From Myxococcota bacterium (lineage in GTDB: Bacteria; Myxococcota_A; Polyangia; Nannocystales; Nannocystaceae): a DNA stretch of 64,000 bases. How positions within the stretch are numbered: position 1 is the first letter of the stretch; the number at the start of each line of letters is the position of its first letter. Below the pieces are notes generated by a model that made no database searches, was not told where the DNA came from, and was given only the letters and a program-made list of their open reading frames with translations. The position numbers and the translations under genes are program-made. The stretch is taken from the NCBI GenBank assembly GCA_039028615.1, contig JBCCHT010000001.1, forward strand, positions 640,001 to 704,000. The letters are read 5' to 3'. Shown piece by piece: positions 34,487 to 44,170 of this stretch.

Positions 34487-36303
34487 GATTCCTCCAAGTG
34501 GGCGAGGTAGGCACTGCGCAGGCTCTCGTCGATCAAGACTTCGCGCGCTTCCTCGATCAGGTCGAACAGCTCGTCGAGCTCGGCGGACATGGCCTCCCGA
34601 GCACCCGCTTCGAGCTGCTCGGCCGAGAAGGTCTGGCGCAGCTGAGCATGAGCCCGCCGCACCTCGATACGCGAGGCGTCCCGCGGCACGCCCAGCACGG
34701 CGAAGTAGTCCCCGAGCCGGCTGATCTCGAGTCGATCGCGGATCCGCTCCACGTCGATGTTCACCGGATCCACGTCGGCGGGTACGGAGTGACGCTGCTC
34801 GCTGAGCTCCAGCCGCTCGAGCACGTGCAGCGTGTAGACCAGCCCCATCAGCTCGGTCACGTCGACATCGGGCTGCGCGCACAGCTCGCGCAGGCTCCGA
34901 CGACCGTCCAGACGCCCCACGAGCGCCTCTTCGGCCGCCCCCATGCGCAGCAGCTCGGCCAGTCCGGCGACCTCCGCCGAGTCGTTCGTCAGTCGCGGGT
35001 ATCGATCCGTACCGCCGAGCACCACCTCGAGCCGGCTCTCGTCGAGTCGATGGCGAATCCCCTCGGCGATGATCTGCGCGACCGGGACGTCGCGAAGCGC
35101 ATCGGCGTCGCGTTGGTCCTCGGGCTCGAGCATCCAGCTGCCCTCGGTCCAACCGAAGGTCGAGTCGACGATACTCCCCAGGTGCTCGCGAACGACTCGG
35201 GGCATCTCCCCGGGCTTGAGCAAGCCGGCCTCCACCAGGTGCGCCCCCGCGTCGTGGGGCTCGGCCTCCACCAGTCGCCGCGCCCGCTCGTACTGCTCCC
35301 GGGTCAGCATGCCGCGACGAAATAAGCCGTCGCTCAGGCGGTCGTGGTTGAGGTTGCCCGCGGCGAATGCCAGCTGCCCTGCGTGCCACCACAGCCGCTT
35401 TTCCGCGCGGCCGTTGAGCAGCACCAGCGCGCCGTCGTAGCCGGCACGATGCAGGGTCCACAGAATCCGCGGTACCTCCATGCGCTCGAGCGAGCCCCGC
35501 TCGTCCATGGGCAAGGGTGCCGTCCGCACCGGTCGCGAGGGCGTGCGCTCGATGATGGCGGAACTGCGGGTTCGCCCGCGCGGCGAGGACTGCCCCAGGC
35601 GCTCGGTCGCTTCCCGTCGCCGTGGTCGCGAGGCGGACTTGGCCGACGGCGTAGCCGGGCGTCGGGCGGACTGCGAAAGCTCGAGGGACGAGCCGGAATC
35701 CCCCGGAGGCCGTCGCTCTCCGCCGAGGTCGGGCAGATCGTCGAAGCCGAGCGCGGCGAGATCGAGATCGTCGGCATCGCCGTCGTTTTGGTCGCGCAGC
35801 CTCGCCTCGAGCATGTCGAGCGTGCGATGCAGCTGACCGAGCACGACATCGGTCGCCCCCGTGCCTCCGGCCCGACTGCGCGTGGTGGCGGAGCTGGGCT
35901 CAGCCGAGCCCCGGCTGGGGTTGCGCACCAGTCCGCCCGAACCGGGGCCGACGAGTTCGTCCAGCGCGGCCTCGAGCTGGTCGTCGTCGGCGGGTGACTC
36001 GAGGAAGTGATCCGCCCCGAGATCGAGCACGTCGGCGAGGTCACCGATGCGCACCCCGAGCGGACCGTAGAGCGTGACCGGGATCCCCGAGCCTCGACGC
36101 GTGCGACGGAGCTCCGACATCAAGGCGCGAGGCTCGACGTCTTCGGTGCACACGACCACCGCGCTGGGGACGGACCCCCGAGCCACTCGCTGCTCGAGCG
36201 TAGGCCCGGAGCAAATCGCCGCCTCGTAGCCCAGCTCCCGGATCCTCTCCAGCAACTCGGACCGTCGGGCCGCGTCGCCCACGATGAGCACTTCGGGAGC
36301 CAC
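34483..36303 (-). CDS. Pseudo-receiver + DUF4388/PATAN + C-terminal J-like domain protein
   Basis: N-terminal receiver-like (LGADHFLESP), RGSLERMEVPRILWTLHRAGYDGAL (DUF4388), DYFAVLGVPRDAS..IEEAREVL..R..Y J-domain-like lacking HPD. Confidence 0.75.
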   Translation of the reverse strand: MAPEVLIVGDAARRSELLERIRELGYEAAICSGPTLEQRVARGSVPSAVVVCTEDVEPRALMSELRRTRRGSGIPVTLYGPLGVRIGDLADVLDLGADHFLESPADDDQLEAALDELVGPGSGGLVRNPSRGSAEPSSATTRSRAGGTGATDVVLGQLHRTLDMLEARLRDQNDGDADDLDLAALGFDDLPDLGGERRPPGDSGSSLELSQSARRPATPSAKSASRPRRREATERLGQSSPRGRTRSSAIIERTPSRPVRTAPLPMDERGSLERMEVPRILWTLHRAGYDGALVLLNGRAEKRLWWHAGQLAFAAGNLNHDRLSDGLFRRGMLTREQYERARRLVEAEPHDAGAHLVEAGLLKPGEMPRVVREHLGSIVDSTFGWTEGSWMLEPEDQRDADALRDVPVAQIIAEGIRHRLDESRLEVVLGGTDRYPRLTNDSAEVAGLAELLRMGAAEEALVGRLDGRRSLRELCAQPDVDVTELMGLVYTLHVLERLELSEQRHSVPADVDPVNIDVERIRDRLEISRLGDYFAVLGVPRDASRIEVRRAHAQLRQTFSAEQLEAGAREAMSAELDELFDLIEEAREVLIDESLRSAYLAHLEES

Positions 36304-36439
36304 GGACGGCGAAGTCTACTCCGCGTCCCGGCAAAAATCCTCCCGGAGGTGGGCATCAGCGCACACCCTGCCCAAAGCGACGAAAATCGTGCCCACGGCG
36401 GCTGCCTCCGCGGGTGGGCATGCCGCGCCGTAGCGGGGC

Positions 36440-39001
36440 TCACAACATGCTCTGCGGGTCGATGTCGACGATGGCCAGGGTCTGAGTGTCGCCTCGACCA
36501 TCGGTCCCCAGCTGGGGTCGCAGCTCCCCCAGCAGCCAGCGCAGGGGCGATCGCTCACGCGCCCGCAGCAAGACCTGCCAGCGCGTCCGTCGGTTGATCC
36601 GCTCGATCGGCGACGGCGTGGGCCCCAGCACCATGACCATGGGTCGCTGGCCGACGACGCCCGGCTCCGCATGCGCGGTCTGGATCTGCTCCACCCGCGG
36701 CCGAACGAATGCAACCAGACGCTTCGCCCGCTGCTCGACCGCCGACGCGTCCATGCCCTGCACCCGCACCAGCGCGATGAAACCCGCGGGCGGGTTGCCC
36801 AAGGCCTCACGGCGCTCGAGCTCGTCTTCGGCGAACCCCAGGTAGTCGTGGTGCGTCGCGAAGGCGATGGCCGGGTGCTCGGTCTGCCACGCCTGCACCA
36901 ACACCCGCCCCGATCGCTCGCCTCGGCCCGCCCGACCGGCGACCTGAGTAAGCAACTGAAAGGTCCGCTCGCCCGCGCGAAGATCGGGCAGGCCCAACCC
37001 GTGGTCGCCTTGGAGTACGCCCACCAGCGTCACGCCGGGAAAGTCGTGGCCCTTGCTGAGCATCTGGGTGCCGACCAGCACGTCGGCCTGCCCGCTGCGA
37101 AAGGCAGCCAGCGTTTCGAGCAGCTTGCGGCCCCGAGCGGCGTCGCGATCGAGCCGCAACACCCGGAGCTTGGGCAGGGCTTTGGCCAAGCCGAGCTCGA
37201 CCCGCTCCGTGCCCACCCCACCGTGCACCAGCTTGGCCGAGCCGCACTCCTTGCAGTTGCTGGGTGCCGCCTCGATGTGCCCGCACAGGTGACACATCAT
37301 GCGGTGCCGCGACAGGTGATACGTCATCGAGGGCGCGCTGCAGTCGGGGCACTGCTGGCGCGAGCCACAGTCCTCGCACAACAAGTCGGTGGTGAACCCG
37401 CGGCGGTTGAGGAACAAGATCACCTGGCCGCCCTCGCGCACCGCCGTCTCCACCGCGTCGCGCATGCGCCCCGTGAGCAGCGAGGTCGGGTCGGGCCGAT
37501 GGACGGTCAGCGGCACCAGCTCCACCGTGGGCAGCGGCCGCGGCGTGGGCCGGGTCTTCATTCGCAGCCATCGATGGCGATCGCGCTTGGCCAGGGCAAA
37601 GGACTCGAGCGAGGGCGTGGCCGAGCCGAGCACCACCAGGGCCTTCAGCGCCTTGGCCCGCACCAACGCCACATCGCGAGCGTGGTAACGGACGCCGTCC
37701 TCCTGCTTGAACGAGCCGTCGTGTTCCTCGTCGACGACGATGACCCCGAGCCTCGGCACGGGCGCGAACACGGCCGAGCGGGCCCCGATGACGATCGGTC
37801 GCTCTCCCGCGCGGATCTGCTGCCACGCGTCGAGTCGCTGGCGTGGCGTGAGGCCGCTGTGCAGCACCGCCACCTCCTCGCCGAACCGAGCCCGGAACCG
37901 ATCGGCGAGCTGAGGCGTCAACGCGATCTCGGGCACGAGCACGATGGCGCCGCCCTCCTTGGCCCGGATGTGTGCGATGAGCTGGAGATAGACCTCGGTC
38001 TTGCCACTGCCGGTGATCCCGTGCAGCAGGGAGCTGCGAAACACCCCGGCATCGACGTCGCCACACAGCGCCTCCAGGGCCTGGGCCTGCTCTTCAGTGG
38101 GCGGCTGGGCCTCGTCGGCGACGGGCAGCGTGGCAAAGGGGTCGAGCCGACGCGGCCGTTCTTGCTTGGCGACCAGCCCTTCCCGCACCAGCGGCTCCAG
38201 AAGCTCGCGGGCCCGCGCAAAGGGCCCGCGCAGCTCGGCCAGCGGGATCCAGCCCGGTTCTTCGGTGGTGCCGGGCGTCTCGCGCTGACCTTCGAGGTAG
38301 TCGAGGATCGCCCGCCGACGCTTGCTTCGACCGATGAGCTTGCGCAAGCGGTCCTCGTCGGCAGCGACGCCCCACAGCAGGTCGGTGCGGCGCACATGCG
38401 TCTCGGTCCGCATGGGAGAGCTCTCGGCGTCCGCCCATACCGTCTCGCACAGCCCCTGCCGCTCCAGCTCGACCAAACGCCGCAAGGCCGAGGGCACCCG
38501 TGGTTTCAGCCGCGTGAGCCGAGCCGCGGGTAGCCCCGACTTCCCCGCGCCGACGATCGCCTCGAGCAGGCGCCGCGAGGCGGTATCCAACGTGGGAGCG
38601 CCCCCGGACAGCAAGGGTCCCTCGGAGTCCAGCGCCCGCTGCCCCGCCTCGGTGACCCGGGCATGGCGAGCGTCGGCATTGCTCAACAGCCCCGGCAGCG
38701 CCAGGCGATACGCCTCGCCCGGGGGGGCGATGTAGTACTCGCGAATCCACTCGCATAGCCGCACGACCTCGTCGGTCAGCGTCGGCTGGTCCTCGTCCAG
38801 GTCGGCGAGCAGGTCTCGAACTTTCTCGGGCGGCTCGAGGTCCTCGTCGGGGCGCACCACGCCCACCAACACCCGCGGACCAAAGGGCGCCAGCACCCGT
38901 GCGCCCGCGGGCGGCACCCGGGGCCAGTCCTTCGGGATGCGGTAGGTGAACGCACGGTCGAGAGCGACGGGAACGGCCACCGACACCAGCCGGTCGCTCA
39001 C
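36440..39001 (-). CDS. priA: Primosomal protein N' (replication restart helicase)
   Basis: LHGITGSGKTEVY, LVPEIALTPQ, VDEEHD, SATPSLES, LNRRGF, two Cys4 zinc clusters, GTQMLSKGHDFP, QVAGRAGR. Confidence 0.97.
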   Translation of the reverse strand: MSDRLVSVAVPVALDRAFTYRIPKDWPRVPPAGARVLAPFGPRVLVGVVRPDEDLEPPEKVRDLLADLDEDQPTLTDEVVRLCEWIREYYIAPPGEAYRLALPGLLSNADARHARVTEAGQRALDSEGPLLSGGAPTLDTASRRLLEAIVGAGKSGLPAARLTRLKPRVPSALRRLVELERQGLCETVWADAESSPMRTETHVRRTDLLWGVAADEDRLRKLIGRSKRRRAILDYLEGQRETPGTTEEPGWIPLAELRGPFARARELLEPLVREGLVAKQERPRRLDPFATLPVADEAQPPTEEQAQALEALCGDVDAGVFRSSLLHGITGSGKTEVYLQLIAHIRAKEGGAIVLVPEIALTPQLADRFRARFGEEVAVLHSGLTPRQRLDAWQQIRAGERPIVIGARSAVFAPVPRLGVIVVDEEHDGSFKQEDGVRYHARDVALVRAKALKALVVLGSATPSLESFALAKRDRHRWLRMKTRPTPRPLPTVELVPLTVHRPDPTSLLTGRMRDAVETAVREGGQVILFLNRRGFTTDLLCEDCGSRQQCPDCSAPSMTYHLSRHRMMCHLCGHIEAAPSNCKECGSAKLVHGGVGTERVELGLAKALPKLRVLRLDRDAARGRKLLETLAAFRSGQADVLVGTQMLSKGHDFPGVTLVGVLQGDHGLGLPDLRAGERTFQLLTQVAGRAGRGERSGRVLVQAWQTEHPAIAFATHHDYLGFAEDELERREALGNPPAGFIALVRVQGMDASAVEQRAKRLVAFVRPRVEQIQTAHAEPGVVGQRPMVMVLGPTPSPIERINRRTRWQVLLRARERSPLRWLLGELRPQLGTDGRGDTQTLAIVDIDPQSML

Positions 39002-39612
39002 CGAGCTCGCCCTCCGGCCCGCGCGTCGTCGCGTCGTTGCTGCCGGCTCTGGAACAAGCGGAGCAAGCGGTCGCGGCGATCGATGAGCAGATCGATGACC
39101 GCCGCCGCGGCCAACCCGGCCGCGATCACCATCGAGGCCCGCACCGCCCAGCCCGACCACAAGGCGAACACGCCGGCCTCGCTCGCATCGACGGCCCGGG
39201 CCGCCCCCGCGAGCACGCCCAGGCACGCCATCCCCAGCCCGACCAACAACCCGAGCCGCAGGGCCATGCGGAGCCAGACGTCGGGACGCGCCGGACCGGC
39301 CCGCAGCCGCTGCCGGTCGCGGTCCGAGATCCCGCCCAGTCGCCGGGTGACCACCGCGACCAGGACCACGACCACCGCGGCGACCGACCATCCCGCCACG
39401 AGCCAGGCGCTGGCCGAGGCCAGCCAGGCCTCGGGCGTGATCGCGCCCGGGCCCCACCACCGCAGCAGGGCTTCCACCTGGCCCCGGAGCGCGAAGGCCA
39501 ACAGCCCGAAGCCCACCGCGGGCAGCAGCCACGCCGAGCGCGGACGCAGGCCGGCTCGCCAGGCGCGTCGCTGTCGCCCGGGGCTCGGCGCGATCGTGCG
39601 GTCGTCGGCCAT
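38998..39612 (-). CDS. Truncated/divergent FlhB/EscU(SctU)-like membrane protein
   Basis: N-terminal MADDRTIAPSPGRQRRAWRAG..PRS and C-terminal AVIDLLIDRR..LLRLFQSRQQRRDD parallel the FlhB TM-domain ends; no NPTH cytoplasmic domain. Confidence 0.55.
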   Translation of the reverse strand: MADDRTIAPSPGRQRRAWRAGLRPRSAWLLPAVGFGLLAFALRGQVEALLRWWGPGAITPEAWLASASAWLVAGWSVAAVVVVLVAVVTRRLGGISDRDRQRLRAGPARPDVWLRMALRLGLLVGLGMACLGVLAGAARAVDASEAGVFALWSGWAVRASMVIAAGLAAAAVIDLLIDRRDRLLRLFQSRQQRRDDARAGGRAR

Positions 39613-39727
39613 GGTCTTGCTTCGTAGCGCACCCCCGCGAGTCGCGCCAACAACCGACGAGGATCGCCTCGGCAGGCCCGCTTTACCCCTCGCATTGCGC
39701 TACGAGGGCCGGGGTATCCTCCCGGCC

Positions 39728-42028
39728 ATGTGCGCATCTCGCCCGCAGTGGGTCCGTCCCCTCCTCCGCACGACGGCTCGGCTCGGCTCCGCCGCGTGCG
39801 TCGTCGGGCTCGCCGCGTGCACCGTGTCGACCCCGAATAGCGGAGGCCAGCGCGGCACGACCCCGCCCGGACCGGCCGCACGGGGAGAGGCAGGACCCGT
39901 GGTCGAGGTCGCAGCCGGGGCGGGCCACACCTGCGCGCGACGATCCGGGGGCACCGTCACCTGCTGGGGCCGCAACGACTTCGGCCAGCTCGGCGACGGC
40001 ACCACCACCAACCGCACCGAGCCGGTGGCGGCGCTGGGTATCACCAACGCGGTCGCGCTGGTCGTGGGCCACGACCACTCGTGCGCTCGACTGGGCACGG
40101 GCGCGGTCAAGTGCTGGGGGCGCAACGACGCCGGCCAGCTCGGTGACGGCCGCGGCGGACCTCGCTCGAAGACGGGGCCACGACCGGTCTCGGTGCGCAA
40201 CCTCGCCGACGCGGTCGCGATCACCAGCGGCGCGCAGCATGCCTGCTCCCTACGCAAGACGGGCTCGGTGGTGTGCTGGGGCGACAACCGCCGTCGGCAG
40301 GTCGGCAACGAAGGACGCAGCGTGTGGGTGGCACCGGTCGGGGTCTCGAACCTGACCGGCGTGGAACAACTCGCGGGCGGCGAAGGACATACCTGTGCCC
40401 GCCGCAAGCAAGGCAACGTCGTCTGCTGGGGTGACGACCGCCACGGTCAGCTCGGCGACGGTGGTAATGGTTCGAGCGCAGCTCCGCGGGTGGCCGCGGG
40501 CACCGAAGGCGCCGTCGATCTGGTCGCGGGCAACAACCACACCTGCATCGCCCGCCCCTCCGGCGAGGTCGCATGCTGGGGCGCCAACGCGGCGGGGCAG
40601 GTCACCGGCCGCTCGAGCGACGCGGTAAGGCGCCCGAGTCCGGTCGCCATCGGGGGCATCGTGGAGCTGGCCGCGGGTGAAGCTCATACCTGCGGCCGGG
40701 CGGGCGACGGCACCGTGCGCTGCTGGGGCAGCAACCAGCAGGGTCGACTGGGCGACGGCACCACCGAGGTCCGCACCGGCTCGGTCGCGGTCGCCAACAC
40801 CAACGGCGCCTCCAGCCTCAGCGTGGGCGAAGCCCACTCCTGCGCGGTGCTACGCGGGGGGGCCGTGGTCTGCTGGGGCCGCAACGACTCCGGCTCGCTC
40901 GGCAGCGGGGCTCCCGGCCCCGGCTTTGCCGGTGGCTCGATGATGGCCCTCAACGTGAACGACGCCACACAAGTGGAGGTCGGCCTGGGCTTCAGCTGCG
41001 CCCTGCAACGCTCGGGCGCCGTGACCTGCTGGGGCGCCAACGACAAGGGCCAGGTGGGCGTCGGTACCCGCGGCGACATCCGACGCCCCACCGCGGTCAA
41101 GAACCTGAGCAAGGCGGTCGACATCGCCGTGGGCTGGAACCACGCCTGCGCGGTCACGGCCAATGGCGCGGTCACCTGCTGGGGCGCCAACGACAAGGGT
41201 CAACTCGGCGACAAGAGCAAGGCCGCGGTGCGCCGGGCTCCAGTCGTGGTGGCCGGTCTCCGCGACGCGGTGGAGGTCGCGGCCGGGCGCGGTCACAGCT
41301 GTGCGCGGCGCAAGACCGGCGAAGTGTGGTGCTGGGGTGACAACGAGCAAGGCCAGTCGGGCACCACGCCAGGGGGGGCCCGCCGAACGCCCGGAGGCGT
41401 GGCCAGCCTTCGCGATGCCCGACAGCTCGGGGCCGGCGGCAGCCATAGCTGCGCGGTCCGGGCCAGCGGCGCGGTGGCGTGCTGGGGCCACAACCTCTAC
41501 GGGCAGCTCGGCAACGGAGCCGGGGCCAAGGAGCTCAGTACGCCCAAGCCGAGCCCGGTCGGCGTGGTCAAGCTCAACGATGCGCGCGAGGTGCAGCTGG
41601 GCGACCAGAGCACCTGTGCTCGCAAAGGCACCGGCCAGGTCGTGTGCTGGGGCCGCAACGACGTGGGGCAGCTGGGCGCCGACACTCAGAGCGACTGGTC
41701 CACGCGCATCCCGGTCAAGGGCTTGAGCTCGGCCACCGCCCTCGATCTGGGACCTCGACAGGCCTGCGCCGTGGGCAGCGGCGGCGCCATCTTCTGCTGG
41801 GGCAAGGACGACGTCGCCCAGTACGGCAAGACGGCCGGTCGCACCTTTCGGGCGCCCGTGCCCGTGTCTGCCGTCAGCCGCGGCACGCAGGTCTCCACCA
41901 GCGCCACCCATACCTGTGCCCGCCTCACCGATGGCAAGGTGGCGTGCTGGGGCAACGAAGATCGCGGGCAGCTCGGCGACGGTGGCGTCGCGTTCGAGGC
42001 CCGGCCGGTCGCCGTGCGCGGTCTGTAG
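39728..42028 (+). CDS. RCC1/BLIP-II repeat lipoprotein (about 14 repeats, two propellers)
   Basis: Repeated HTCA..G.V.CWG.N..GQLGDG; lipobox LAAC. Confidence 0.9.
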   Translation: MCASRPQWVRPLLRTTARLGSAACVVGLAACTVSTPNSGGQRGTTPPGPAARGEAGPVVEVAAGAGHTCARRSGGTVTCWGRNDFGQLGDGTTTNRTEPVAALGITNAVALVVGHDHSCARLGTGAVKCWGRNDAGQLGDGRGGPRSKTGPRPVSVRNLADAVAITSGAQHACSLRKTGSVVCWGDNRRRQVGNEGRSVWVAPVGVSNLTGVEQLAGGEGHTCARRKQGNVVCWGDDRHGQLGDGGNGSSAAPRVAAGTEGAVDLVAGNNHTCIARPSGEVACWGANAAGQVTGRSSDAVRRPSPVAIGGIVELAAGEAHTCGRAGDGTVRCWGSNQQGRLGDGTTEVRTGSVAVANTNGASSLSVGEAHSCAVLRGGAVVCWGRNDSGSLGSGAPGPGFAGGSMMALNVNDATQVEVGLGFSCALQRSGAVTCWGANDKGQVGVGTRGDIRRPTAVKNLSKAVDIAVGWNHACAVTANGAVTCWGANDKGQLGDKSKAAVRRAPVVVAGLRDAVEVAAGRGHSCARRKTGEVWCWGDNEQGQSGTTPGGARRTPGGVASLRDARQLGAGGSHSCAVRASGAVACWGHNLYGQLGNGAGAKELSTPKPSPVGVVKLNDAREVQLGDQSTCARKGTGQVVCWGRNDVGQLGADTQSDWSTRIPVKGLSSATALDLGPRQACAVGSGGAIFCWGKDDVAQYGKTAGRTFRAPVPVSAVSRGTQVSTSATHTCARLTDGKVACWGNEDRGQLGDGGVAFEARPVAVRGL

Positions 42029-42040
42029 ACCCAGCCGCCG

Positions 42041-42691
42041 TTACTGGGGCTGCGCCACTTCGCGGAAGCTGAAGCGGGTGCGACCGGGTACGAATCCGTC
42101 GGGCGCGTTACGCAGATAGCCGGTCTCCGACAGATACACCCAATCGAAGGCCCCGGTCAGCTCGTTGCGGGCCCGTGCATAGATATGGAAATACCCGCCC
42201 GAGTCCGGGGTCGTCTCGACTTGGAACTGGGTGAAGCGATCGCAGTATTTGCCGGTCGCGCTCACCACCTGATCGGCGTCGTAGTTGTAGAGCCACGAGT
42301 GAACCGAGGTCCAGTGGTCCCCACTCGTGCTACGGGCGATGCTCGCGAAGCGAACATCCACCTCGCCCGCGTCTTCGTCACAGTCCACCTTCCACACGAA
42401 GTCTTTGGGGGGTGGGCCCGGCTGCAAATAGTCGGCGACGACGTTGCCGGCCCCGTCCGAGCGCAGGAACCGAGAGGGCTGCGAGTCGTCGTAGATCACC
42501 ACATAGCGCTCGTCGAAACCGGGGTGCGTACCGTCGCCGAAGCAAAACCCGCGCGAATCGGGCGCAGTGATGCTGCGAAACTCCACCGATTCCTCGACGC
42601 TCGCCGCTTCCAGCCCTTCATCGGCCGGATCGCAGCCAACGAGCAAGGTCGACACCACGGCGCCATACGCCACCGCTCTCCAGTTCATCAT
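42041..42691 (-). CDS. Hypothetical lipoprotein
   Basis: Lipobox LLVGC, acidic segment ending EFR, beta-rich domain; start approximate. Confidence 0.6.
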   Translation of the reverse strand: MMNWRAVAYGAVVSTLLVGCDPADEGLEAASVEESVEFRSITAPDSRGFCFGDGTHPGFDERYVVIYDDSQPSRFLRSDGAGNVVADYLQPGPPPKDFVWKVDCDEDAGEVDVRFASIARSTSGDHWTSVHSWLYNYDADQVVSATGKYCDRFTQFQVETTPDSGGYFHIYARARNELTGAFDWVYLSETGYLRNAPDGFVPGRTRFSFREVAQPQ

Positions 42692-42779
42692 CGTCCGCAT
42701 CTCATCCATCTCCCATCGGGTCGGGGACGGGCCCTCCCCACCTGGGGGAGTCACCGCGAGCGATGCGAACTATTCACCC

Positions 42780-43973
42780 TCAGCCCACGGGCGTGGTGCT
42801 GGGCGGACCGCCGCAGGTCCAGCGCACGTTGTCGAGCAGCACCAACGAATCCAAGATGCCATCGCTGAGATCGAACACGGAGAAGATCAACGTGAGTTCT
42901 TCGCCCGGCTCGACCTCGGTGGTGCTGGTCAGCCACCGTGTACCGCCGTGCCCCTGCATGGCGAACCCGTGCAGCTCGGGCGCGGTGCAGTCGGCACAGT
43001 CGACCATGTTGGGGGCGTCCTTGTAGTCGAAGAACCCCGCATTGACGGTGATCGGGCTGCCCTCTTCGTCGAAGGAGATGTTGCCCGTCCACTGCTCCGA
43101 CTGGGCCCAGGCCACGAACATGTCGTTGAAGCTGGACTGGTAGTAGTTGGGGTACTCGACGGACATGAACGCAAAGTCGAAGCCGATGCCGTGGATCTCG
43201 TCGGGCACGGTGATGTTCATGCGGATCTCGGCGTAGTCGTTGGCAACCGGGAGCCCGGTTCCTCCCAAGCCGCCGGCTTGGGCCGCTTGCCACTGATCCC
43301 ACAGCGTGTTGGAGCAGTCACCCGTGCCGATGAGGGTCGCATCGTCTTCGCAGGTCGTGGCCTGACCTGGATCCACGGGGTTGACGTCCATCGGCGCGGG
43401 CAGGGCCTCGTAGTCGAAGCCGTCCAGCTCGGTCGACGGACAGTCGGGCGCCATGCCTTCGAAGCCCACGCACTCGGGGCTCGCCGCCTCGAGCTGAGCG
43501 GGTGTCAGGGCGATCTGGGCCGCGATACCCGTGGACAGCACGACGTACTTGCTCCCCTCTTGCGCGGGATAGGTGCCGTTGCCCAGGGTCTGATCGAAGA
43601 CCTCCATCGCCTGGGCACTGCCCTCGAAGCCGCCCTGCGCGAGCACGCCGTCGACCTCGTCACAATTGACCCCGAGCGCGTGCAGCGGGTCGTCGTCCTG
43701 CGAGTCGCACGGCGTCGGTTTGGGGATGTCGTCGTCACAAAAGACGTTGCCGCCGTCGTCACCACCGCCCTGCCCGTCTCCGACGTCGAGCTTGATGCCG
43801 CCGGCCGACTCGTCGTCGGCCGCTTCTTCGTCCGAGGCGACGCCGTCATCCCCAGAGGTCGAGGTCAGCCCACCATCCGATCCCCACCCCGGCCCGTCCT
43901 CCGGCAGCTGGTACTGACAACCCACCATCGTCCCGAGAGCGAGCCCCACCTCGGCTAGTCTCCGTGTTCCCAT
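42780..43973 (-). CDS. Choice-of-anchor L-like lipoprotein
   Basis: Lipobox MVGC, VVLSTG, FAFMSVEYPNYYQSSFNDMF, GGTRWL, FDLSDGILDSLVLLDN. Confidence 0.75.
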   Translation of the reverse strand: MGTRRLAEVGLALGTMVGCQYQLPEDGPGWGSDGGLTSTSGDDGVASDEEAADDESAGGIKLDVGDGQGGGDDGGNVFCDDDIPKPTPCDSQDDDPLHALGVNCDEVDGVLAQGGFEGSAQAMEVFDQTLGNGTYPAQEGSKYVVLSTGIAAQIALTPAQLEAASPECVGFEGMAPDCPSTELDGFDYEALPAPMDVNPVDPGQATTCEDDATLIGTGDCSNTLWDQWQAAQAGGLGGTGLPVANDYAEIRMNITVPDEIHGIGFDFAFMSVEYPNYYQSSFNDMFVAWAQSEQWTGNISFDEEGSPITVNAGFFDYKDAPNMVDCADCTAPELHGFAMQGHGGTRWLTSTTEVEPGEELTLIFSVFDLSDGILDSLVLLDNVRWTCGGPPSTTPVG

Positions 43974-44170
43974 GTGAGGCCCTCACCGCAATGCGTCCAT
44001 GCATTACGGATTTGTTGGGCACTGGACTCGGGGCAGACTCACGCATTGGAGCCCGAGAAGACACCCACGACGCAAAGCCGCGCCAAACGGGGCTCATCCC
44101 CCATACAGAGGCATTGCGAGGCAGGACACGCAATTGTGGCAAAGCACTCGTCGCCACAATCTGCGTCGCC

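Noticed and set aside
33551..39532. Apparent long N-terminal extensions on fmt (to 35461) and priA (to 39532)
   Set aside because: The extensions overlap other real genes in different frames. GTG starts at 34486 and 39001 overlap the upstream stops.
39900..42000. Regularly spaced TGCTGGGG repeats as a CRISPR-like array
   Set aside because: They are the CWG codons of RCC1 protein repeats within one ORF; there are no cas genes or identical direct repeats.
44030..44110. GACGCAAAGCC resembling the c-di-GMP-I riboswitch core
   Set aside because: No GAAA-capped P2 stem precedes it, and it lies on the strand opposite to both flanking genes.
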